From Minisyncoccota bacterium (GTDB lineage: Bacteria; Patescibacteriota; Minisyncoccia; Phycocordibacterales; UBA9973): a stretch of DNA of 64,000 nt. The stretch covers positions 9,100 through 73,099 of the forward strand of contig JBAYFP010000004.1 in the NCBI GenBank assembly GCA_041667145.1, read 5' to 3'. The notes below the pieces were generated by a model. It ran no database searches. It was not told the DNA's origin and worked only from the letters and a program-made list of their open reading frames with translations. Made by a program: the position numbers and the translations under genes. Shown here piece after piece: positions 18,939-28,607 of this stretch (positions are counted from its first letter, which is position 1; every line of letters starts with the position of its first letter).

Positions 18939-19543
18939 TGTAATTCTTTTTCAATAAGAATATTTCGTGCATACTTTATAAAGTAATATATTAAGAGTCC
19001 TATCACAGTAAATGTACCTATTACGAAATATATTTTCAGTGTATTATCTATAGAGTTGTATAGTTGCCCAAAGAAATAGCCGATAGAGAGCAACACACTT
19101 ACGAGAATAACTTCTCCTAAGAAATTCAACATAAGATATTTTTTCAATGAAGTATGAGTAGCCCCTGCTGCCATAAGGGTAGCAAGTGACATACCTAGTC
19201 CAATAGTTATTTTTGATATAAACAATATTTTTTCATGATGTTGGTTGAAAACCTTTTTAGCCCTTTCAAATATTTCAGGAGTTATTTTAAAGAATTTTCC
19301 ATAATTTCTTAAAAATGGTTCAGCAAAAAAATAACCGATATAGTACCAAATGATATCTCCTAAAAGATCACCTGTGATGATTACAATAAAAGCAGGCACA
19401 AGGTCAAAAAATTTGTTGTGGATTAGAATACCGGCAGCCACCATGAGTATTGGCCCCTCAATAACAGTGCCCATAAAAAGCAACAAGTATTTATAGCTAG
19501 TTAAAAAAAATAAGAAATTTGGAATTAATAAATCGAGCGTCAT
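18935..19543 (-). CDS. DedA family membrane protein
   Basis: IEGP, GD..WY.IG, AG, hydrophobic pattern. Confidence 0.88.
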   Translation of the reverse strand: MTLDLLIPNFLFFLTSYKYLLLFMGTVIEGPILMVAAGILIHNKFFDLVPAFIVIITGDLLGDIIWYYIGYFFAEPFLRNYGKFFKITPEIFERAKKVFNQHHEKILFISKITIGLGMSLATLMAAGATHTSLKKYLMLNFLGEVILVSVLLSIGYFFGQLYNSIDNTLKIYFVIGTFTVIGLLIYYFIKYARNILIEKELQ

Positions 19544-19582
19544 GTTGTGTCCTTATTAAAAGTTATTTTAGTGGTTCGCTCA

Positions 19583-20140
19583 TTATAACATCTTTCGTAG
19601 TTTGATGAGTGCACGACGATGTTGACTTTTCACTGTGTTTAGAGGCTTATTTATAATTTCTCCTATTTCATTAAAAGTCATGTCTTCTTGATAATGAAGT
19701 GTGAGTATTGTTTTATAAGCTATTGGTAGATTATCTAAAATTTTATTTAATAGGTTAGAATCTTGTAACTTTTGTAACATTTCGTCGGGAAGTAATTCTT
19801 CATCAGGAATGTTTTCAGAAAAAGAAATCATATCATCATCTGCTTCGAGATCAGAGAATAGTAGATTTTTTTTCTTTCTAGAAAAATCTATTGCAGTATT
19901 TTTTGCTATTGTAAAGATCCAAGTTTTAAAACTGGATTTAGAAGAATCAAATTTATTTAAATTCCTCCAAATTTTTATGAAAGTTTCTTGGACTATATCA
20001 GGTGCGTTGTTTTGGTCAGTCAAATGTGCAACAAAGTTATAAATAGGGGAAGTATATCGATCTATCAGGTCTCTGAACGCATATTCTTTGCCGTTTTGAT
20101 ATGAAGCTATTATTTCTTCATCACTTTTATCGTATGACAT
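19583..20140 (-). CDS. ECF RNA polymerase sigma factor
   Basis: D.VQETF.K.W, F.TWI.TIA.N..ID, EI..I...PLNTVKS..RRA. Confidence 0.93.
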   Translation of the reverse strand: MSYDKSDEEIIASYQNGKEYAFRDLIDRYTSPIYNFVAHLTDQNNAPDIVQETFIKIWRNLNKFDSSKSSFKTWIFTIAKNTAIDFSRKKKNLLFSDLEADDDMISFSENIPDEELLPDEMLQKLQDSNLLNKILDNLPIAYKTILTLHYQEDMTFNEIGEIINKPLNTVKSQHRRALIKLRKML

Positions 20141-20230
20141 GTCATTAAATATAACACGAATATTTGTAACATTTTACTTTGGTGGTGCATTATACTTTAT
20201 ATAGTCGTGATTAATTGTTATATTAAATAA

Positions 20231-20719
20231 ATGTTTTTAAATAAAGACGATATTGCTGTGTTATGGGACACCATCACACCTAAATTATATGGGTATCTTG
20301 TCCATGTGCTTCATGATAAAAATCTGGCTGAAGATGTTTTGCAGACCACTTGGCTTAAAGCCATAGAAGCACTACCTAATTTTAAAGAGCGGGCTGGTGC
20401 TAGTTTTTCTTCTTGGTTATTTGCGATTGCACGAAACGAGTGTAAACAACACTGGCGAAAAGTGGGCAGGGAGGTATCATTTGATCCGACTATTCATGAT
20501 AAAGAAATATTTAATTCTAAAACAGAGGATTTAATTTTTGTGGATCAGATTATGAAGCATTTATCTTCAAAAGATCGAGAGCTAGTACGGTTACGTTATA
20601 TAGCTGATTTGCCTTTAAATGAAATTGCCAAGATTTTAAAAGTTAGCCCTATAACGATAAGGGTTAGAATGCATCGTACATTGGCATTTATAAAAATTAT
20701 TCTTAAAAATCAACAATAA
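20231..20719 (+). CDS. ECF RNA polymerase sigma factor
   Basis: AEDVLQ..W, FSSWLFAIARN, region 4 HTH. Confidence 0.92.
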   Translation: MFLNKDDIAVLWDTITPKLYGYLVHVLHDKNLAEDVLQTTWLKAIEALPNFKERAGASFSSWLFAIARNECKQHWRKVGREVSFDPTIHDKEIFNSKTEDLIFVDQIMKHLSSKDRELVRLRYIADLPLNEIAKILKVSPITIRVRMHRTLAFIKIILKNQQ

Positions 20720-20721
20720 TT

Positions 20722-21747
20722 ATGATTAAATATAAAAAAATTGACGATCTATTTGAATCTTGGGGGAGAGACAAGGTAGAAGTACCTCTCAATAATGATA
20801 TCTTAAAAAAAGAAATTTTAGCAAAGATTCCTGACGATTTATCTCTTAATAAGAAAATTTCTTTTAAGCGCAATTCCTACATTTGGTTTCCTTTTGCTTT
20901 TTCTGCTATGGCTGTATTTGTTATATTGTTTAATACCTTTGATTATAAAAATAATACAAATGTACAGGATATTATTCAAACTGGGTATGGAACGGGAATT
21001 TCGCAAAATTCTGATATGTATAAATCGATAGGTGCACCTTCTGTGGATCTCTATCATAGAGAGGAGTTACCTATTACTGATAATAGAGAATTTTTAAAGG
21101 TTAATTATAATGCCACACTCCGTACTAGAAACGTAATTGATTTAAGAAATAGATTAGAGATTATTATTCGTGGTTTTGGTGGGCGTGTGGATTCTTCAAA
21201 TAGTGGAGAAAAGAATGGATATATCAATTTTGTCATACCTAAAGATAGGCTAGATGCTTTTAAGATAGAAATAGAAGATTTAGTTGGTAAAAAATTTTAC
21301 AATGAACAATTGAGTTCTCAAAATCTTTTGGGAGACAAACAAAGGATTGAAGAAAACCAAAAACAAGCTGAAAAAAATTTGGGTAATTTACAGGCTGAAC
21401 GTGCACAAATTATAAGAGAACATAATCAAAACATCTCTTCTTATCAAAATGAAGTGGATATTATAAATGAAAATAAAAGTTATCAAACAAAAATCAACAA
21501 TATTGATTTAAGTATCAAAAGTATGCAGGCTAGTCTTAAGAAGATTCAATCGCAAGATAAAAATTTTTTAGATAACGTTGCCACAGTAAATGGGTCAATT
21601 TCATTAAATTGGATTAGTCTATGGGAAATGGCAGATATTTATTTACCAGGGCCAATACTTGCGTGGGTTTTCTTTTTAGCAACAATTGTAAGTTTTATTT
21701 GGTATAGATTTACAAGAGTATCGTACGATATATTAGATTTCTCTTAA
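20722..21747 (+). CDS. Putative anti-sigma with DUF4349-like extracytoplasmic domain
   Basis: TM; GG.V..S...I.F.IP...L..F motif; coiled coil; C-terminal TM; follows the sigma gene. Confidence 0.65.
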   Translation: MIKYKKIDDLFESWGRDKVEVPLNNDILKKEILAKIPDDLSLNKKISFKRNSYIWFPFAFSAMAVFVILFNTFDYKNNTNVQDIIQTGYGTGISQNSDMYKSIGAPSVDLYHREELPITDNREFLKVNYNATLRTRNVIDLRNRLEIIIRGFGGRVDSSNSGEKNGYINFVIPKDRLDAFKIEIEDLVGKKFYNEQLSSQNLLGDKQRIEENQKQAEKNLGNLQAERAQIIREHNQNISSYQNEVDIINENKSYQTKINNIDLSIKSMQASLKKIQSQDKNFLDNVATVNGSISLNWISLWEMADIYLPGPILAWVFFLATIVSFIWYRFTRVSYDILDFS

Positions 21748-21751
21748 ATTT

Positions 21752-21765
21752 GTGCCCTCGGCAGG
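21752..21765 (-). repeat. 14-bp duplication of the tRNA-Arg 3' end
   Basis: gtgccctcggcagg at 21752-21765 and 21874-21887. Confidence 0.8.
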
Positions 21766-21871
21766 GCAATCTTTCCTTACAGGAACAGTATACCTTTTGC
21801 ATTTTTTTTTAAAAAATAGGCAAAAGCTTTTCGCTTCCTGCATAAAGCCAAGCAGTTGGCTTTACTCGTGC

Positions 21872-21946
21872 TGGTGCCCTCGGCAGGAATCGAACCTGCA
21901 TCATAACTTCCGCAAAGTTACGTCCTATCCATTGAACGACGAAGGC
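21872..21946 (-). tRNA. tRNA-Arg (GCG)
   Basis: Cloverleaf; anticodon arm taact-TTGCGGA-agtta; GTTCGATTC; encoded CCA. Confidence 0.93.
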
Positions 21947-22007
21947 ATTATCGTTTTGCAATTTTAGATTAACAGTTTTTAGGTAAAAAATCCACTATTA
22001 ATTTTGT

Positions 22008-22475
22008 CTAGAAACCCAAAGAGTCCATTATTTTTTCTGAGACATGTTCTTTCATTTCCTCTTCAGGTACGTTATTTAGAAGGAAAGCATTTCTTATTTC
22101 TTCTGCATTATATTGTTTTATAGGTATCGAAAGTATTGGTATCAATAATCTTTCTGAATTTATAAAGAGTGTAGGTTTTAGACTGTCTTTTTGTACCCAA
22201 AATGATTTTATATTTTCATAAGGATAAAGACGACTTCTGATTTTTAACCCCTTTTCATTTAATTCATAAAAAACCAGGTCTGGTTTTTTAATAGCGAAAG
22301 ATGCTAGTAGAATCCCGCTGATAATTAGAAGTAATCCAAAAAAATAATTACTATAGATGAATGAAGCGATAGAACCAGCGACGACGACGACACCAAGTGC
22401 CCAGAACCAGTCATTGCCTCGTTCTTTTTCTTCGTATTCTAATTCAGACCATTCTAGTTTTTTATTCTGATCCAT
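22008..22475 (-). CDS. Conserved CPR membrane protein (2 TM + PH-like domain)
   Basis: W...EY..K.R..DW, G......Y.Y..I.SFW. Confidence 0.75.
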   Translation of the reverse strand: MDQNKKLEWSELEYEEKERGNDWFWALGVVVVAGSIASFIYSNYFFGLLLIISGILLASFAIKKPDLVFYELNEKGLKIRSRLYPYENIKSFWVQKDSLKPTLFINSERLLIPILSIPIKQYNAEEIRNAFLLNNVPEEEMKEHVSEKIMDSLGF

Positions 22476-22576
22476 TAGTACAATTATACTAACCTTTGAT
22501 ATTTAAAGCAAAATAATATTTGTTGCGGATGGTTTGGTACGCTGTTGGAACTGCTTTATTGATAAATAAGGATATT

Positions 22577-23017
22577 TTAGAAAATTACTCCTGATATAAA
22601 AAAATACGCTGCTATTATTCCCACGATAAAAGCAATTATCGCAATATATCCTATTATTTCTGTGATCAACATTGGTGTTGGAGTTTTGCCATTGTACACA
22701 CCCCATTTTATATCGTTAGCTATTTTGTATTTAGCTGCACCCAGTCTTAAAACATCTTTCATAATTAAGAAATTTCTTATTGAGGATAGTAACATCGAAA
22801 TGACTAAAGATATGAATGTTATCTGGACATATAACTTAGAGCATTTAGTAATATTATTTTGTATTACATCACTGGATAAAAAAGTTATAAACAAAGTTAT
22901 TGCAGCACCAGATAAAAGTGCCCAATGAAAAAAGAATTTTATTGATAATTCTCTAGAAAATTCTACATCTTTTTCTGCCTGCTTTTCGATTTTTTCAACA
23001 GCTTCGTTTGGATCCAT
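22577..23017 (-). CDS. Hypothetical 3-TM protein
   Basis: ORF with three hydrophobic helices. Confidence 0.7.
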   Translation of the reverse strand: MDPNEAVEKIEKQAEKDVEFSRELSIKFFFHWALLSGAAITLFITFLSSDVIQNNITKCSKLYVQITFISLVISMLLSSIRNFLIMKDVLRLGAAKYKIANDIKWGVYNGKTPTPMLITEIIGYIAIIAFIVGIIAAYFFISGVIF

Positions 23018-23547
23018 AATTTTATTATATCAAATTTTCTTTTGGTATGTTCGTCTGGTTTGGGTGAAAAAGGATAAAGTTTCACAAACTCAACCATGAG
23101 TTGAACAAATGATTGATGATCCTTATTTAAACTCCATTTAAGGGCTCCCGACACAATCTCATCATTCATTAATGAAGTTGCAATTTTAATATTAGCTCCT
23201 AAGGGAGCTGAAATTGTACCTGCTGGCAGATTTGCTACGTCCACCGGTAGCAAATTTTCTAAATCTATTCCGTGCTCAAAATCATCTCGAATTTTTATTT
23301 TTTTGACTAAATCAATATTTTTACCTTTAAGGTTTGCTACACGAGAATCGTAAGTGGCTGTACTTTCTATCTGTCGAAATAATCTGCGTAAAAGTATTAC
23401 ATAAAAATCTACATCGTGAACAGGTGAAATTTTCTTCTCCCAAAGTTCTTTGTGGGGAGTATTTAAAATACGTTTACGTTGAAATTCTAAGCTATTTAGT
23501 TTTGACTCTACCTCATGTTGAAATAACATCTTATCTCTGTCGTACAT
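22963..23547 (-). CDS. Hypothetical protein
   Basis: 194-aa ORF with an RDDFEH (RxxxxH-like) motif; overlaps the next gene by 55 bp. Confidence 0.65.
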   Translation of the reverse strand: MYDRDKMLFQHEVESKLNSLEFQRKRILNTPHKELWEKKISPVHDVDFYVILLRRLFRQIESTATYDSRVANLKGKNIDLVKKIKIRDDFEHGIDLENLLPVDVANLPAGTISAPLGANIKIATSLMNDEIVSGALKWSLNKDHQSFVQLMVEFVKLYPFSPKPDEHTKRKFDIIKLWIQTKLLKKSKSRQKKM

Positions 23548-23644
23548 ATTTTTTGCGGGGTATCTCGTGTCAGGACCTTTTCATAACAAGCCCTGCAAGG
23601 TTATTTTTAATAATTTTATTTTACTTTAAGCCGTGACATAAATA

Positions 23645-24076
23645 CTAATGGTTAAAATAGTAAATTACAAAAACTCCCAAGAAAATCATTATTCCTCCGA
23701 GGATAGTAGGGAGAGTGACCTTGTTATTAAATAAAAGGTAACTGAAGATGGCTATAAATATTGGATAAGAAATTTCAATAAGTCCAGCAAGAGTGGCGTT
23801 TTTTGAAACGATAGAAAGACCAATGCATGATTCTGCAATCATAAGAGCAACGATTCCTCCTATGACATACCATAAAAGATTTTTTGATGAATATATGGAG
23901 ACAAGGTCGGATTTTAAAGAATTATTAAAATATGAGATTACTATTGAAATGATGGAAACAACTAAAAATGCTATTCCCAAAGAAGTGAATACTGATATTT
24001 TTTTATAAATTTGTTCACTTAGAACGTAACTTACTCCCCAGAATAATGATGCACTTAACGCAAATATTATCCACAT
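23645..24076 (-). CDS. EamA/DMT family transporter (single domain)
   Basis: FWG, YP.F.A.FS.LL, five TMs. Confidence 0.85.
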   Translation of the reverse strand: MWIIFALSASLFWGVSYVLSEQIYKKISVFTSLGIAFLVVSIISIVISYFNNSLKSDLVSIYSSKNLLWYVIGGIVALMIAESCIGLSIVSKNATLAGLIEISYPIFIAIFSYLLFNNKVTLPTILGGIMIFLGVFVIYYFNH

Positions 24077-24229
24077 GGTTTAATTATAGCTTAATTAGGT
24101 TAAATATGTTAAAAATATGACAGGTAACTGAAACTATGTTAAAAAACTTAAATAAAGAATTCAGAAAAATCTTCACGAAGTCAATGGAAAAAGGTCTTAT
24201 TAAAATAAAAACATTAAACAAATAAATTT

Positions 24230-24559
24230 ATGATAACTATAGAGGATTTTGAAAAAGTAGATATCAGAATAGGTAAAATTATCAGTGTTGAAGATTTTCC
24301 TGAGGCCAAGAAGCCGACATATAAGCTCCGGGTTGATTTTGGAGAGTTTGGAATTAAAAGTTCAAGCGCCAGAATTGTAGACTTGTATAAAAAAGATGAA
24401 CTTATGGAAAAGTTGGTTGTTTGCGTTACAAATTTACCTCCAAGAAAAGTAGGCTCGTTTATGTCTGAGGTTTTAACTACTGGATTCTACCGTGAAGACG
24501 GTTCGGTGGTTTTAGCTATTCCCGAAAAAGAAATACAACTTGGGGCTAAATTAGGGTAA
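24230..24559 (+). CDS. CsaA-like tRNA-binding protein
   Basis: DF.KVDIR.G.I, KP.YKL.VDFG, NLPPR....F.SEVL. Confidence 0.9.
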   Translation: MITIEDFEKVDIRIGKIISVEDFPEAKKPTYKLRVDFGEFGIKSSSARIVDLYKKDELMEKLVVCVTNLPPRKVGSFMSEVLTTGFYREDGSVVLAIPEKEIQLGAKLG

Positions 24560-24562
24560 AAA

Positions 24563-24940
24563 TTAACTTGCAATACGAGTACCTTGGTGAAAAACCATTT
24601 GCCACTTTCTATCAGTTAATTTCCAAATAGAACTACGCAATGACTCATATTTAGTAGCATTTTTGGGATCAAGTTTTGAAGCTTGATATGTCACCAAGAC
24701 AATATCCGAAGACAATTCCTTTACTTTAAAATCTTTTACACTAATCTCCAAATCTACTTTTTCTTCAGCTAAAGATTTTAGTGTATCGTTTTTGTTGTAT
24801 ATATAGCCAGAACTGCCGAACTCAATAAAATCATCAGCAAGTAATTCTGAAACAGCTTTAGGTGAGTTTCTAACCTTTTTACGGTGAAGTTTTGTTTCTA
24901 GATCAAGAAAGAGTTCTAAGCTTACTTTTTGTGGTTCCAT
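24563..24940 (-). CDS. NTF2-like DUF4440 protein
   Basis: LLADDF.EFG.SG, RSSIW...WQM.FHQGT. Confidence 0.88.
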   Translation of the reverse strand: MEPQKVSLELFLDLETKLHRKKVRNSPKAVSELLADDFIEFGSSGYIYNKNDTLKSLAEEKVDLEISVKDFKVKELSSDIVLVTYQASKLDPKNATKYESLRSSIWKLTDRKWQMVFHQGTRIAS

Positions 24941-25150
24941 ACTTAAAGTATATCAGATTTTGATTTTAGAAAAACTTTTATTTATCGCTAGCATGTCGTG
25001 CTAGCACGACTATGCGGTGCACTCGGGTATGGTACCCGTGGGTTCAACCCTTGTAAGGACATTTTAGCATCTTTTTGAGAGTAAGACCAAGGCTTGTGGG
25101 TCGCTACTTGCAAATGCCAACAAATGCCAATTTTTTGATATAATGCAAAT

Positions 25151-25846
25151 ATGAAGATGACAGTCGGCGAATTAATAGCAAAAGAAATGAAAGAAGGAAA
25201 AAGCTCTGTAACCCTCCCAAATGGGGTTCTTCCTCCTGGGGCTAAAGAAGCATTTGAATCGCTTGCTAATATGAAGAAAAACATAGAAGAACCACTTAAA
25301 AAACAGCTTGGTGCGATAAGGTCTATAACTGATATATATGGACCACAATTAGAACGAATGGCTGAAGCACATAAAATGGTTCTTGAAAATTACATTATTC
25401 CAGAAGAAAGAATTCAAAATGTTAGAATTATTAACTCTGAAAATATTGGGGCTGGATCAAATAGAAAAGAAAGCAATGTTATAGTTGCATCATACCTATT
25501 GCCTAAAAATGCTAATTGGGAAAGTCTAAGCGTTCAGTTTCTAGATGGGCATGTTGTTAATGTTTCTTATTCAGGAATGAAATCACAAAAGTTTGATTTT
25601 AAAGATATGGGCTTTATGAACATGAAAACAAATAAGCCAGATTTAAAATGGGAATTACTCCAAGCAATTGCAGAAAATAATGGAGCATTAACTAAGTCTA
25701 AATGGAACAGAAAATTTGGGCGAAACGTTAAATATGAACTGAATGAGAGATTAAAGAAATTTTTTGGTATGGATTCAAATCCTATTTCTCACTACACTAA
25801 AAAAGGAGGATATCGAGCCACTTTTTCTCTCACAGAAGTTAAATAG
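25151..25846 (+). CDS. Hypothetical protein with possible C-terminal winged-helix domain
   Basis: W.LL..A...G.L; L...LK.FF....PI......Y pattern. Confidence 0.65.
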   Translation: MKMTVGELIAKEMKEGKSSVTLPNGVLPPGAKEAFESLANMKKNIEEPLKKQLGAIRSITDIYGPQLERMAEAHKMVLENYIIPEERIQNVRIINSENIGAGSNRKESNVIVASYLLPKNANWESLSVQFLDGHVVNVSYSGMKSQKFDFKDMGFMNMKTNKPDLKWELLQAIAENNGALTKSKWNRKFGRNVKYELNERLKKFFGMDSNPISHYTKKGGYRATFSLTEVK

Positions 25847-26021
25847 TCATTGGGTGTTAAATGACGATAAAGGGACTTTTTCTTGTTTAAGTAAAAGTCC
25901 CTTTATATTTGGGTTATTTTTAATATCTATTGAATAGAAATAAAAAGAAATTGTCATTTTGTCATTCAATGACGAATATGTTTTAGAAGAGCAGCTAAGA
26001 ACCTCTTCCGAAGAACATATT

Positions 26022-27293
26022 ATGAAAAAGCAAAAGTTAGTATGGTCAATTACTTCTCGCAAAGTAAGTGATCTAACAAAAAACGGATACAATCCGAGAA
26101 AACTAGGTGAGGGCGAAAAAAGAGACTTAGAAAAGTCTATCAAGGAATTTGGAACAGTAGTTCCTGTTATCCTTAATATTGGTTCCAGAGCCAATATACT
26201 TATCGGGGGTGAACAGCGCGTAAAAGTCTATGCCGATCTCGGGATAGAAAATGTTGAGTGTATGATACCTTCTCGAGAGTTAACACTTGAAGAAGAAAAA
26301 GAACTCAATCTGAGGCTAAACAAAAACACTGGATCATGGGATGAAGAACTTCTAAAAGAGTTCGACATGGATATGCTTCTTAATGTTGGTTTTGGAGACG
26401 AAGAATTACAAAATCTTTTTGATGACGTAGATCTTGTCGAAGATGATTTTGATATTGAAAAAGCTATTAAGGAAACTACTACACCAAAAGTTAAATTAGG
26501 AGAAATTTGGGAGATGGGAAAGCATCGCCTATTAGTCAGTGACTCCACCAATGAAGATCAAGTTAAAGAACTGATGAAAAATGATATGGCAGATATTATT
26601 TTTTGCGATCCTCCGTTCAATATTTCTTGGAACTATGGAGGAAAATATGGTGGAGAATACAAAGATAATAAAAGTGAGGAAGAATACTCTGAATTCATTA
26701 GTAAAAGCATTGAAACAGCTAAAAAGTTTGCCAAACCAAACTCTCATTTTTTCTATTGGTCAGATCCAAATAGTATAGGGCTAACACAATCTCTTTATGA
26801 TAAATATCAAATAAAGAAAAGACGGGTGTGTCTTTGGATAAAATCAAATCAAAATTGCACACCACAGATTGCTTGGAATAGACTCTATGAGCCATGTATA
26901 TATGGCACACTTGGTAATAAACCATATCTAAATAATAATTTTAGAAATGCTAATGAAATTCTTAATCAAGAAGTAACTACTGGTAATCAAGTCTTAGATG
27001 AACTACAAGATATGATAGACCTTTGGTTGGTTAAAAGAGACAATACTAGAAATTATTTACACCCTACTCAAAAACCTGTCACTTTAAACGAAAAACCATT
27101 CAAAAGATGTTCTGCCCCAGGACATATAATTTTCTCGGGATTCGCTGGAAGCGGATCCGATTTGATTGCATGTGAAGAATTAAATCGTGTATGGCGTGGA
27201 GTCGAAAAAGATTTGATCTTCGCAACTATCATCATAGATCGATGGGAAAAATTTACCAACCTTAAGGCAAAGAAAATCTATGAAAATAAATAA
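26022..27293 (+). CDS. ParB-like N-terminal domain fused to an N6/N4 DNA methyltransferase
   Basis: YNPR, SI.EFG...P, GGEQR; DPPF, HPTQKP, FAGSGS (beta class). Confidence 0.9.
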   Translation: MKKQKLVWSITSRKVSDLTKNGYNPRKLGEGEKRDLEKSIKEFGTVVPVILNIGSRANILIGGEQRVKVYADLGIENVECMIPSRELTLEEEKELNLRLNKNTGSWDEELLKEFDMDMLLNVGFGDEELQNLFDDVDLVEDDFDIEKAIKETTTPKVKLGEIWEMGKHRLLVSDSTNEDQVKELMKNDMADIIFCDPPFNISWNYGGKYGGEYKDNKSEEEYSEFISKSIETAKKFAKPNSHFFYWSDPNSIGLTQSLYDKYQIKKRRVCLWIKSNQNCTPQIAWNRLYEPCIYGTLGNKPYLNNNFRNANEILNQEVTTGNQVLDELQDMIDLWLVKRDNTRNYLHPTQKPVTLNEKPFKRCSAPGHIIFSGFAGSGSDLIACEELNRVWRGVEKDLIFATIIIDRWEKFTNLKAKKIYENK

Positions 27294-28029
27294 AGGAGAA
27301 ATCTATAAGGTTGGAAATCATGTGATCGGTTGTGGTGATTCTACAGATCAAGTGTTTGTGTCTAAAGTAATTGGAAAAAATAAAATACGGGCTATTATTG
27401 CCGATCCCCCATACGGCGTTGCGTATGTAGAGAATAAAAAAGGTTTTACTAAGCTTGGAGTTAAAGATGAAAAAATAATTGCAGGCGATCATCTTCAAAG
27501 TGAAAATGAGTATGAAGATTTCACTAGAAAATATTTAGGTGCAGTTATTCCATATTTAGAAGAACATAATGCTTGTTATGTATTCAATGCTGATCCAATG
27601 TTTCCATCTCTGCGTATTGGTATGAAAAATGCAGGTTTTTATTACAGCCAAATGCTCATTTGGATTAAAAATCAACCTGTGATGAGCAGAAAAGATTATC
27701 TATCACAATATGAACTCATTGCATATGGATGGTTTGGTAAACATAAGACAGAAAGATCCAAAGCCAAAAATGTCATATATTATCCAAGACCAAACAAATC
27801 TAAACTTCACCCAACGCAAAAACCGATTGGGTTGCTTCGTAAAATTATTCCTGACAACACATCCATAGGAGATATTATTTACGATCCATTTTTAGGAAGT
27901 GGTTCTACTGCTATTAGTGCTGAACATTTAGGTCGAAAATGTATTGGTATAGAGATAGATGAGGAGTATGTATCTATTGTACTTCAAAGACTAGAAAAAT
28001 TGACTGGAGAAAAACCAGTTAAGATATAA
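27280..28029 (+). CDS. N6/N4 DNA methyltransferase
   Basis: DPPY, HPTQKP, DPFLGSGST, GIEID. Confidence 0.93.
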   Translation: MKINKGEIYKVGNHVIGCGDSTDQVFVSKVIGKNKIRAIIADPPYGVAYVENKKGFTKLGVKDEKIIAGDHLQSENEYEDFTRKYLGAVIPYLEEHNACYVFNADPMFPSLRIGMKNAGFYYSQMLIWIKNQPVMSRKDYLSQYELIAYGWFGKHKTERSKAKNVIYYPRPNKSKLHPTQKPIGLLRKIIPDNTSIGDIIYDPFLGSGSTAISAEHLGRKCIGIEIDEEYVSIVLQRLEKLTGEKPVKI

Positions 28030-28033
28030 ATGT

Positions 28034-28408
28034 ATGAGCGAAGAAGACTTTATCAAGGATCCATACAAAAAACAAACATATGAGACGTATGCTCTTTGGA
28101 AGTCTCTCCCTTCATTTTTAAAAGGACAACCAAGAGTAGCTCTTGAAAAATTTGGAATCAGTGAAGAAATAATATTTGAACTTCTATCAATCAAGACTCA
28201 AGCTGAATTTTCAAAGGAATACAATATTGATGTTGGAACACTCACTGATTGGAATAAAAGATTAGAAAAGGATGGTTTAGTCAAAAATATCAATAGTTGG
28301 GCTAGAAAGTTAACTCCAAATGTTATCTTTGCTCTATACAAAAATATTACTAAACATGGCAGAGCTCATGAAGTAAGAGCTTGGTATGAATTAATTGAAA
28401 ATAATTAA
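28034..28408 (+). CDS. HTH protein (terminase-small-subunit-like)
   Basis: TQ.EF...Y.I...TL..W HTH followed by helices. Confidence 0.6.
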   Translation: MSEEDFIKDPYKKQTYETYALWKSLPSFLKGQPRVALEKFGISEEIIFELLSIKTQAEFSKEYNIDVGTLTDWNKRLEKDGLVKNINSWARKLTPNVIFALYKNITKHGRAHEVRAWYELIENN

Positions 28409-28409
28409 T

Positions 28410-28604
28410 ATGGAAAACATTAATTTAACTGAAATAAATACAATTCTCTCTGATACTCTTCGTAAGGTAGTAGGTAAAGAGATATCACTAAAGCAAGCAA
28501 GTATGATAGCGAAACTTGCCTATACACTTTCAAAGAATATTGTGAATGTGGAATTAAAAGACAGGGTTGAATTCCTTGAACAAGCACTTAAAGCAAGACG
28601 ATAA
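28410..28604 (+). CDS. Small hypothetical coiled-coil protein
   Basis: G.I....A..IA..A; EL..RV..LE. Confidence 0.65.
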   Translation: MENINLTEINTILSDTLRKVVGKEISLKQASMIAKLAYTLSKNIVNVELKDRVEFLEQALKARR

Positions 28605-28607
28605 TAT

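Noticed and set aside
21752-21967. 71-aa ORF
   Set aside because: Antisense to tRNA-Arg; spurious
24136-24225. Short ORF MLKNLNKEFRK...
   Set aside because: About 29 aa; possibly a gene remnant, with no supporting evidence
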